NCBI GenBank assembly: GCA_044344255.1
Contig: JBIJDH010000002.1
Location: 531,400-595,399 of the forward strand
Length of the DNA stretch: 64,000 nt
DNA from: Myxococcota bacterium
GTDB lineage: Bacteria > Myxococcota_A > UBA796 > UBA2385
Direction of reading: 5' to 3'
Positions 49,481 to 57,197 of this stretch are shown piece by piece. Under the pieces are notes generated by a model. It saw nothing but the letters and a program-made list of their open reading frames with translations, had not been told where the DNA came from and made no database searches. The number at the start of each line of letters is the position of its first letter. Position 1 is the first letter of the stretch. Both the position numbers and the translations under genes were made by a program.

Positions 49481-49912
49481 ATGCTCCGTCGCCTGCTGAT
49501 CCCGCTCCTCGCCGTCGCCTGCGGGGGCGGCAAGACCGCCACCGAGTTCAGCGGTGTCTCTGACACCGGGCTGGAAGTGGACGAAGATCCGCCCGTGATC
49601 TCCCACACCCCGATCTCCGAGAGCCAGCCGATCCGCGTGCCGGTGCTGATCCTGGCGACCGTCACGGACAACCTGAGCGGGGTGGCCAAGGTGGAGCTCT
49701 CGTACAAGCGAGAGGACAAGGTCGACTACACCACGGTCAACCTCAACATCCAGGACGCCAACGCCGGAACCTGGTCGGCGGAGATCCCCGGAGCCGACAT
49801 CGTGGTGGGCACGGACTACTTCCTGCACGCCCTCGACGTGGAAGGAAACGAGAGCTTCGCCCCCACGGACGGGGGCAACAACCCCTACCACTTCCGAGTG
49901 GACGGGGGCTGA
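49481..49912 (+). CDS. Hypothetical lipoprotein with Ig-like beta domain
   Basis: AAGGAGGT SD; LAVAC lipobox; PPVISHTP...ATVTDN.SGV...YFLHALD. Confidence 0.7.
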   Translation: MLRRLLIPLLAVACGGGKTATEFSGVSDTGLEVDEDPPVISHTPISESQPIRVPVLILATVTDNLSGVAKVELSYKREDKVDYTTVNLNIQDANAGTWSAEIPGADIVVGTDYFLHALDVEGNESFAPTDGGNNPYHFRVDGG

Positions 49913-49957
49913 TTCGCGGGGGGCCATGCGCCATCGCCGGTGGTGAGCGCCTTGAGC

Positions 49958-50722
49958 TCACCGCCATCGGCGAAGGTGAGCCGCCTCGAAGCTCCAGCTC
50001 GGCAGGTCGATCCCCCCTGCGCCCCAGGTCCACCAGCCGGCCTCGGGGCCCAGCTCGACGTGGAAGTCCTGGGCCGGCATGAAGCCCTCGCCCACGAGCA
50101 GAAGGGTGTCCGGGCCTCGGCGTGCGACGTCAAGCAGGAGGACAGCGTGGCCGGGTGAGCCGCCCTGCACGAGGAGGTCGCCCGGCTCGGGCGTCGTGTC
50201 GGGGAGCGTCTCGTAGGCCTGGAGCGAGCGCGTGCCCGCCCAGGTGAAGACCGCGCTCAGGTAGCCCTCCCAGGTCGGAGCGGCCTTGGCGCGGGTCCAG
50301 GTGATGTGGTTGCCCGAGGCCACGGGGCGCTCTCCCGCGGCGTAACGCGACCAGGGCAAGGGGTCGCCGGAGGTGGCGTGCCAGCTCACCGCCCGCCCGC
50401 GCGCCCGAAGCCACTCGGATCGGAGGCGAATGAGGGAGTCCGCGCACTGTTGGAGGTCGCCGGGCACAAGCGGGAGCTCCACCACGCGCGCGCTGTGGCC
50501 TACCACCCGGCCGTCAAAGGTGCGCACCGGGACGCTCGGATCGCGCAGGGTGAGCGCGCCCAGCCAGGCGCCCCAGTCCCCCCCGTCGACCCGCTCGAAG
50601 CCGGCGGGAGCCGGATAGGCCTCGCGGAGGCTGGGGCCGGCCGGCGGATCGGCCATCGCCGGGGCGAGGAGCGAATGAAGGGCGATCACAGGCAGCAGGG
50701 CGAGAGGGAGGGGGCTCGGCAT
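49958..50722 (-). CDS. DUF4846-like secreted protein
   Basis: PAPAGFERV, DLQQCADSLIRLRSEW, WAGTRSL, GGSPGHAV, EGFMPAQDFH; ATG 50722. Confidence 0.75.
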   Translation of the reverse strand: MPSPLPLALLPVIALHSLLAPAMADPPAGPSLREAYPAPAGFERVDGGDWGAWLGALTLRDPSVPVRTFDGRVVGHSARVVELPLVPGDLQQCADSLIRLRSEWLRARGRAVSWHATSGDPLPWSRYAAGERPVASGNHITWTRAKAAPTWEGYLSAVFTWAGTRSLQAYETLPDTTPEPGDLLVQGGSPGHAVLLLDVARRGPDTLLLVGEGFMPAQDFHVELGPEAGWWTWGAGGIDLPSWSFEAAHLRRWR

Positions 50723-50746
50723 GGCGCTCCAGCGGCTTCGGACACT

Positions 50747-52072
50747 GTGCCAGAGGGCGTCGGCGCCCGCAGCGCCCCGGCGTGGATCGCCTCCGGCCTC
50801 CGCCACCGCGCCGAGGGGCGCCGCGCCCTGGCGGTGGCTGACTTCCGCGCCGCGCTCCGCCTCGCCCCCGATGACCCTGACGTCTGGAACGCGCTCGGGC
50901 ACGGCCTCCTCACGGAGGGCGCCTTTGAGGAGGCCGAGGCCTGGCTCGGACGGGTAGCGGCCGCCCTGCCCGACAACCCGCGCGCCCTCAACAACCACGC
51001 GGGGGCCCTCCGCCGCCTCGGCGCCCTCGATCGGGCCCTGGCCATCTATGATCGCGCCCTCCGCCTCCCCGACGCCCCCCCCGGCGCCCGCTGGAGCCGC
51101 GCCTTCGCCCTCCTGCTGTCCGGTGACTATGCGCGCGGCTGGCCGGAGGCGGAGTGGCGCTATCGGCGGCCCGGGGTGCAGGCGCCGGCCTGGGCGGCGG
51201 CGCAGTGGGACGGCCGATCGCTCCGCAGCGGCACGCTCCTCGTCCGCGCCGAACAAGGCATCGGCGACACCCTGCAGTTCAGCCGTTTCCTCGCCCTCGC
51301 CCGGGAGCGGGTCGGCCGCCTCGTGCTCCAGGTGGGCGTCGAGCTCCACCCTTTGCTGGCGGACCTCCCGGGCGTGGACGAGCTCATCGGCAAGGCGGAT
51401 CCCGAGCCCTTTGTCCAGGCCCGCGCCCTGTTGATGAGCCTCCCCGTCTGCCTCGGCTGGCGCGACGCGGGCCCATGGGTGGGCCCCTCCCTGCGGGCCG
51501 ATCCGGCGCGGGCGCAGTCCCTCCGAGCGCAGCTTCGGGGAAGCGACCGGCGGCCGCTCCGGGTGGGTCTGATCTGGCAAGGCAACCCTGCCTTCGAGGA
51601 GGACCACCTCCGCTCGCCGCCGCTCGCCGCCTTCTCCCCGCTCTTCGGCGTACCTGGGCTTCGCCTCTTCAGCCTGCAGCAGCGGCACGGCCTCGATCAG
51701 CTCGAGGCGCTCGGCCCGGCGCTCGGCTCTGCGTCCGGCATCACGGAGATCGGCCCCGACCTCGACGCCGGCGCTCCTTTTGTCGGCACAGCCGCCGCGA
51801 TGGCCGCCCTCGACCTCGTGATCAGCTCCGACACCGCGAGCGCCCACCTCGCGGGCGCCCTCGGCCTGCAAGCCTGGGTGGTCCTCCCCTTCGCCCCCGA
51901 CTGGCGCTGGGGCCTCGGCGCCGACACGACCCCGTGGTACCCGAAGCTCCGCCTGTTTCGGCAGCCGCGCCCTGGAGATTGGGACGGCCTCTTCAACGAG
52001 CTGCGCGCCGCGCTGCTCCAGATGATCCTCGAACGCAGCACCGCCCTTGAAGAGGGGAGGGAGGCCGGATGA
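50747..52072 (+). CDS. TPR-containing glycosyltransferase family 9-like protein (start uncertain)
   Basis: TPRs, then LLLSGDYARGWPEAEWR, EQGIGDTLQFSRF, VGLIWQGNP, LDLVISSDTASAHLAGALG, DWRW, PWYPKLRLFRQ. Confidence 0.85.
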   Translation: MPEGVGARSAPAWIASGLRHRAEGRRALAVADFRAALRLAPDDPDVWNALGHGLLTEGAFEEAEAWLGRVAAALPDNPRALNNHAGALRRLGALDRALAIYDRALRLPDAPPGARWSRAFALLLSGDYARGWPEAEWRYRRPGVQAPAWAAAQWDGRSLRSGTLLVRAEQGIGDTLQFSRFLALARERVGRLVLQVGVELHPLLADLPGVDELIGKADPEPFVQARALLMSLPVCLGWRDAGPWVGPSLRADPARAQSLRAQLRGSDRRPLRVGLIWQGNPAFEEDHLRSPPLAAFSPLFGVPGLRLFSLQQRHGLDQLEALGPALGSASGITEIGPDLDAGAPFVGTAAAMAALDLVISSDTASAHLAGALGLQAWVVLPFAPDWRWGLGADTTPWYPKLRLFRQPRPGDWDGLFNELRAALLQMILERSTALEEGREAG

Positions 52073-52452
52073 AGGTCGAGATGTCCCTCGGCGATGTGGT
52101 GGACCGCATCACAATTCTCCGCATCAAGGTCGAGCGGATCAGCGACGCGGCGCGCCGCGAGAACGTCCGTCATGAGCTCGCGGTCCTCGAGGCAGCCTGG
52201 TCCGACGCCGGCCTGCCGGTGCTGGAGGGCCTCGCCGATTGGGCGGCGCTCTCGGGGGTGAACCTGCGCTTGTGGGAGATCGAGGACGCCCTCCGCGATC
52301 GGGAGCGGGCCCGCGACTTCGGCCCGGCCTTCGTCGAAGATGCCCGCGCGGTCTACCATCTCAACGACGAGCGGGCGGCGCTCAAGCGGCGGTTGAACCT
52401 GCTGTTGGGCTCCGAGATCGTCGAAGAGAAGTCCTACGCCGCGTACACCTGA
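52069..52452 (+). CDS. DUF6165-like protein
   Basis: SLGDVVDRITILRIK, VNLRLWEIED, ARAVYHLNDERA, SEIVEEKSY; ATGA overlap. Confidence 0.8.
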   Translation: MKVEMSLGDVVDRITILRIKVERISDAARRENVRHELAVLEAAWSDAGLPVLEGLADWAALSGVNLRLWEIEDALRDRERARDFGPAFVEDARAVYHLNDERAALKRRLNLLLGSEIVEEKSYAAYT

Positions 52453-52492
52453 GGTAAGCCGCGCTCCAGCTGTCGCTCCCCCGAGGCCCCCC

Positions 52493-53455
52493 ATGCCGAG
52501 CCTGCACGGCCGCCACACCCGCCTCCGTCAGCGCCACCGAACGCTGCAGGCGCTGCGCTCCGCCCTCGACGAGCGGGGCTTCACCGAGATCACCGCCCCT
52601 TGCCTCGTGGAGGGCACCTGCCCCGACGCCCACATCGCCTCCTTCGCGGTGGGTCCGCGCTACCTCACCACCTCCACCGAGTACGCCATCAAGCGGCTGA
52701 TCGCGGAGGGGATGGACCGTCTCTATACGTTACAAGCCAACTTTCGCGAGGGTGACCAGGGGCCGCTGCACAACCCCGAGTTCACGATGCTCGAGTGGGC
52801 GCGGGTGGATGTCGGCCTCGCGGAGATTGAGGCCGACGCCCAAGCCATGGTGTGCGCCGCCGCCGCCGCTCTCGGCGTGGAGGCCGTCGAGCGGGCGGGC
52901 CGACGGGTCCCCCTCCAAGGGTCCTGGGAGCGCCTGCCGCTGCGCGTGGCGGTCGAGCGCCACCTTGGTGTGCCGCTGCCCTCCTTTGAGGCCGAGGCGC
53001 TGGCCGAGGCCCTCCGCGCGGTGGGCGAGCCCCTGCCGCCCGGCGCCGACCGCGACCTCCTCTTTGCGCTTCTCCAAGACCGACTCCAGGCCCACCTCGG
53101 CTGGGAGGGGCCGATCTTCCTGGTCGATTGGCCGGACTTCCAGACCTCGTCGGGGGCCTCCGCCGACGGGGTCGCCGAGCGTTCGGAGCTCTTCATCGCG
53201 GGCGTCGAGCTCGCGGATGGTTTCCCTTCTCTGCTCGATCCCGCCGCTCAGCGGGCCGCCTTCGCCCGGGCCGCAGCCGACCGACGCCGGCAGGGCCTCC
53301 CCTCGGTCACCCTCGATCATCGCTACCTCGAGGCCCTCGACGGCGGCTTGCCCGCTGGCGCCGGGATGGCCCTCGGGGTCGAGCGGCTGCTGCTGCTGCT
53401 GCTCGGCGCGCCGCACATCCGCGACGTGATGGCGATCTCGTGGGCCGAGCTCTAA
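52493..53455 (+). CDS. EpmA/GenX-like class II LysRS catalytic-domain paralogue with altered active site
   Basis: YLTTSTEYAIKRL, FREGD..LHNPEFTMLEW, AERSELFIAGVELADGF, GMALGVERL; no anticodon-binding domain. Confidence 0.85.
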   Translation: MPSLHGRHTRLRQRHRTLQALRSALDERGFTEITAPCLVEGTCPDAHIASFAVGPRYLTTSTEYAIKRLIAEGMDRLYTLQANFREGDQGPLHNPEFTMLEWARVDVGLAEIEADAQAMVCAAAAALGVEAVERAGRRVPLQGSWERLPLRVAVERHLGVPLPSFEAEALAEALRAVGEPLPPGADRDLLFALLQDRLQAHLGWEGPIFLVDWPDFQTSSGASADGVAERSELFIAGVELADGFPSLLDPAAQRAAFARAAADRRRQGLPSVTLDHRYLEALDGGLPAGAGMALGVERLLLLLLGAPHIRDVMAISWAEL

Positions 53456-54201
53456 GGCAGCGCGCCCTGGACGCCGCCGTCGGGGGAGACGAAGACCCCC
53501 TCGGCCTCTCCCCCGATCCAGGCCGTGCCTCGGCGCTCGAGGCCGAAGCGCGCCGCCACCCGCGCCCCATCGGCCGAGACCGTGAGCGCGCAGCGGCGGT
53601 GCTCTCCCAGCGGGGGCAGGGCCGCCGCCAGCTCCCCGAGCAGGGCGCGGGAAGCCCGAGAGCGCCGGAGCAGGGCGGTGATGCTGTAATTGAACAGGTA
53701 GACCGCGCATCCAGGCTCGACCGCAGCGAGCGGCGCCACCTGGCCCCGGTGCCGGAGCTGGTCCGGGTGGCGGAGCAGGAGCTCCAGGGTATTGGCGGCG
53801 ATCGGGTACCAGCCGGTGTAGCCGACGGGCAGCCAGTCTCCGGCCGCGTCCTCGGCGAGAACCAAGCGAAAGCCTTGCGGGAAGGTGCTCACCACCCAGG
53901 CGAGGCGGGCGAGCTCCACCCGGTCGACCGGGGAGGGGTACGCCGCGGCGTCTGCGGCCCAGAGCGCGCCGAGGAAGGCCCGCCCGACCGGGCTGTCCGC
54001 GAGCTCCCGACCCTGCGGCAGATCCTCCTCGGAGAGGACCCAGCTCAGCGTCGGTGTCGCCTCGCCGTCCGGGGGGAGGCCGAGGGCGCGGGAGCGGGCC
54101 GAGAGGGACTCCGCCCACTCGTGCAGGGCGCCGAGGGCCCAGCGGGACGGCAGGCGGGGCAGCGGTGGTCGGGGGGCGGGGCGGGCCATCGGCGAGCTCA
54201 C
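53452..54201 (-). CDS. Hypothetical protein with GNAT-like features
   Basis: AAGGAGGT SD before GTG 54201; VGYTGWYPI, VYLFNYSI..LLRRSRASRALL, ALTVSADGARVAARFGL. Confidence 0.6.
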   Translation of the reverse strand: MSSPMARPAPRPPLPRLPSRWALGALHEWAESLSARSRALGLPPDGEATPTLSWVLSEEDLPQGRELADSPVGRAFLGALWAADAAAYPSPVDRVELARLAWVVSTFPQGFRLVLAEDAAGDWLPVGYTGWYPIAANTLELLLRHPDQLRHRGQVAPLAAVEPGCAVYLFNYSITALLRRSRASRALLGELAAALPPLGEHRRCALTVSADGARVAARFGLERRGTAWIGGEAEGVFVSPDGGVQGALP

Positions 54202-54222
54202 AACTTCCGGACCTCCTTCATT

Positions 54223-54289
54223 TCGGATGAAGGCATATCGGATCATGGCATATCGGATGATGGAAGGCCAGGGATCGGCTGAAGGTCAT
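54223..54289. repeat. Three tandem imperfect 15-bp direct repeats plus one displaced copy in divergent intergenic region
   Basis: TCGGATGAAGGCATA / TCGGATCATGGCATA / TCGGATGATGGAAGG; TCGGCTGAAGGTCAT at 54275. Confidence 0.8.
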
Positions 54290-54337
54290 CTTTGAGGCGA
54301 GACAGGGTCTTGCCACGTCAAGGGCAGTCTGCTACCT

Positions 54338-54775
54338 TTGCGACGCTCCGAATCGCTCCTGCTGGAGGCTCCGCTGGACTCGGCCCTCGCCCGCCGCATC
54401 ATCTGGAACGTGCTGCCCACGGCTATCGTCGTCGGCGCGCTCTGGATGGCGCTGGCGGGGAAAGAGGGCCTGCTCAAGCGCCACGCGGTCAAGCAGCGCC
54501 TGATCGCCACCGAAGAGCGGGTGCAGCAGCAGCAGATCGAGAACGAGATCCTGCGCGCCCGCATCCGCGGCCTCCGGCAAGACCCGATCTCGTTGCGCCG
54601 GGTCGCCGCCGAGCGGCTCCTGATGGCGGAGGCGGGGAGCACGATCTACCGCTTCACCGACGAGGCGCCCGCTATTGCCGCGGCGCCCTCTATCGCTCCC
54701 GTGCCCGCTACCGCCGCGGCGCCCGCTACTGCCACGGCACCCTCCACCGCCGCGGTCGTCGTGCCGAGCCCCTGA
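54338..54775 (+). CDS. Septum formation initiator (FtsB/DivIC-like) with Ala/Pro-rich tail
   Basis: One TM, GKEGLL, coiled coil ENEILRARIRGLRQDP, AAERLLMAEAGSTIYRF. Confidence 0.75.
   Translation: MRRSESLLLEAPLDSALARRIIWNVLPTAIVVGALWMALAGKEGLLKRHAVKQRLIATEERVQQQQIENEILRARIRGLRQDPISLRRVAAERLLMAEAGSTIYRFTDEAPAIAAAPSIAPVPATAAAPATATAPSTAAVVVPSP
54665..54754 (+). repeat. Five imperfect 18-bp in-frame repeats in the FtsB-like tail
   Basis: GCGCCCGCTATTGCCGCG-type units encoding APAIAA/APSIAP/VPATAA/APATAT/APSTAA. Confidence 0.7.
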
Positions 54776-54810
54776 CCGGAGCCTCCGAGCTCTTAGGGCG
54801 CGGTGGGCGC

Positions 54811-57090
54811 CTACGATGCCGCCCGGTTGAGCTCGTTCGGCAGCCAGAACCAGCGCAGGGCCTCCGCCGCCTCCGACAGCGGGGGATCGACGTGGAGCGG
54901 CGGCGGGCGCGCTTCGAGCCGCCGCGCCAGCGCCTCGGCCGCGGCGAGGTAACCCCGCAAGGCCGACTCGGGCTCAGTCATGCGGGTCGCCTGATGCTCG
55001 ATGTGGCCGAGGTTGTAGGTGAGCCGGTGTAAGCTCAGGCCCTCCTCCGCACGCGCCTCCCGGTGGATCCAGGCGCCGCTCTCCGCGTCGAAGGTGTAGA
55101 GCGGCAGGAAGCGCCAGCCCTCGCGCCCGACGAAGCGGACGGCCTCGATCAGGTAGTCGGTGACCGCGTCGGAGAAGAAGTAGTTGAAGCCCAGGCGGAA
55201 CCAGCCGGGCTTGAGGCCGGCGCAGCCCCGCTCGATCTGCTCGGTGAAGGCATGGGAGCGGGCCTCGCTGATGCCGAGCAGGCGGTGGCCGTAGGGGCCG
55301 GCGCAGGAGCAGCCCCCGCGGGCCTGCACCCCGAAGAGGTCGTTGAGCAAGGCCACGACGAAGTTCCAGTGGAGGTAGCGCTCCCCGTGCCGGGCGAGGA
55401 GGCTCACGATGCTCAGGCGGTCGAGCTCGGTGCTGCCCAGGATCTCGAGGCCCGGCTCGGCCGACCAGGCGGCGAGGGCGCGGCCCAGCAGCTCCTCCTC
55501 GCGCGACCGGATGAGGTCGGTGCCCACGGCCTCCTTGAGCTGAAAGACGAGGCCGGCCCGGATCGACTCGAGGATCGCCGGCGTGCCGCCTTCTTCGCGG
55601 TGCACAGGGTCGGTGAGGTACTGGTGCTCGGTCGGGGAGACCCACTGCACCGTGCCACCGCCCGGGACCACGGGCACCGGGTTCTGCAGCAGCCGCCGCT
55701 TCACCACCAGCACCCCCGGCGTGCCCGGCCCGCCGGGGAACTTGTGTGGGGACAGGAAGACCGCGTCCTTCGCGGCCTCGGGGTCGTCGGCCGCGTTCAT
55801 CCGCACGTCGAGGTAGGGCCCAGCGGCCGCGAAGTCCCAGAAGGAGAGCGCGCCGTGGCGGTGCAGGAGGCGCGCGATGGCGCGGTGGTCGGAGATGATG
55901 CCCGTGACGTTGGAGGCCGCCGAGAAGCTCCCGATCTTCAATCGCCGCCCCGCCACCGCCTGCAGGGCCCGCTCGAGGGCCTCGAGGTCGATGCGGCCAG
56001 ACGCGTCCTCGGGGATGGTGACCACCCGGCAGATGCTCTCGCGCCAGGGAAGCTCGTTGCTGTGGTGCTCGTAGGGCCCGATAAAGACGACGGGGCGCTC
56101 GTCCTCGGGGATCAGGCTCGACAGCCCGTAGCGGGCCTCGAGCTCGGCGGGGATGCGAACGCCGAGCAGCCCGACCAGCTTGTCGATCGCCCCGGTCGCC
56201 CCTGACCCGCAGAAGATCACGAGGTCGTCGGGCCCGCCGCCCACCGCCGCGTGGATGATCTGGCGCGCCTCCTCGCGGAGCTGCGAGGTGTGCAGCCCGG
56301 TCGCCGAAGACTCGGTGTGGGTGTTGGCGTAGAGCGGCAGCACGTCGCTGCGGATGAAGTCCTCGATGAAGCGGAGCGAGCGGCCCGAGGCGGTGTAGTC
56401 GGCGTAGACGAGGCGCCGGAGGCCGAAGGGCCCGCGCAGCACGAGGTCGTCGCCGATGATGTCCTCCCGCACCCGCTCGATGAGGGCCAGCGCCCCCTCA
56501 CTCGAGGCCCGCGGGCCGAGCGGCTCCCCGGTGGCCTCGATGCGCCGCAGCTTCTCGACGATGGCGACCAGCAGCGCGCGCACCACCGGCTCGTCGTGGA
56601 CAGAGAGGCGCTGAAAGGTCCTGGCGTCGAGCTCCACCACCACGGCCCGCTCGCGCAGGCGGGCGGTGGTGGTGCGCACCCCGCCTGCGAGCAGTGAGAC
56701 CTCACCGAAGAAGCGCCCCGGGCCGAGCACCCCGAGGCCGAGCACCCGCTCGCCCACGCGGGCCGAGATCTCGAGCGAGCCTTGGACGAGCAAGAAGGCG
56801 CTGCAGGCCTCCCGGCCCTCCTCGAAGAGCAGCGTCCCGCGGTCGAGCCGCCGCGCGGGGAGGGCGTCCAGCAGGCGATCGAGGAGCGCGTCGTCAAAGT
56901 CGGCGAAGAAGCTGAAGTGACGGATGCGGCGGCGGAGCTCGGGGCTGAGGGGCAGGGGGCTGCCAGGCAGGCCCAGCGGGGGCGGCCCGGAGACGCCCCA
57001 GTGTGCGGCGCCGTGGAGGCGCTCATCCAGCTCCATCGCCTGCCGCCGGAGCGCGCCCAGCGCCCCCTCTGTCTTCGTCTCGGTGTGCAT
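54811..57090 (-). CDS. Cyclic-nucleotide-binding domain fused to class V PLP enzyme (cysteine desulfurase-like)
   Basis: LFEEG...LLVQGSLEI...GPGRFFGEVSLL..GVRTTTA; YADYTASGR, YANTHTE, EHHSNELPW, SPHKF, EEGGTP, RGGCSCAGPYG. Confidence 0.88.
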   Translation of the reverse strand: MHTETKTEGALGALRRQAMELDERLHGAAHWGVSGPPPLGLPGSPLPLSPELRRRIRHFSFFADFDDALLDRLLDALPARRLDRGTLLFEEGREACSAFLLVQGSLEISARVGERVLGLGVLGPGRFFGEVSLLAGGVRTTTARLRERAVVVELDARTFQRLSVHDEPVVRALLVAIVEKLRRIEATGEPLGPRASSEGALALIERVREDIIGDDLVLRGPFGLRRLVYADYTASGRSLRFIEDFIRSDVLPLYANTHTESSATGLHTSQLREEARQIIHAAVGGGPDDLVIFCGSGATGAIDKLVGLLGVRIPAELEARYGLSSLIPEDERPVVFIGPYEHHSNELPWRESICRVVTIPEDASGRIDLEALERALQAVAGRRLKIGSFSAASNVTGIISDHRAIARLLHRHGALSFWDFAAAGPYLDVRMNAADDPEAAKDAVFLSPHKFPGGPGTPGVLVVKRRLLQNPVPVVPGGGTVQWVSPTEHQYLTDPVHREEGGTPAILESIRAGLVFQLKEAVGTDLIRSREEELLGRALAAWSAEPGLEILGSTELDRLSIVSLLARHGERYLHWNFVVALLNDLFGVQARGGCSCAGPYGHRLLGISEARSHAFTEQIERGCAGLKPGWFRLGFNYFFSDAVTDYLIEAVRFVGREGWRFLPLYTFDAESGAWIHREARAEEGLSLHRLTYNLGHIEHQATRMTEPESALRGYLAAAEALARRLEARPPPLHVDPPLSEAAEALRWFWLPNELNRAAS

Positions 57091-57197
57091 CTTCGGCCCC
57101 CGCGCCCCGCCTATCTCAGCGAGGCGGCGAGCCGATGGGCGAGGGGTGGCGCGGCCTGGGATAGGGAGCGCAGCGGCACCGCCGCGAAGGAGCCCCG

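Noticed and set aside
50723..51871. Apparent long N-terminal extension of the DUF4846-like ORF and the reciprocal extension of the TPR-GT ORF from 50306
   Set aside because: Each is the antisense shadow of the other gene; signal peptide begins at 50722
54223..54289. Possible mini CRISPR array
   Set aside because: Units are 15 bp, head-to-tail without spacers; no cas genes in the window
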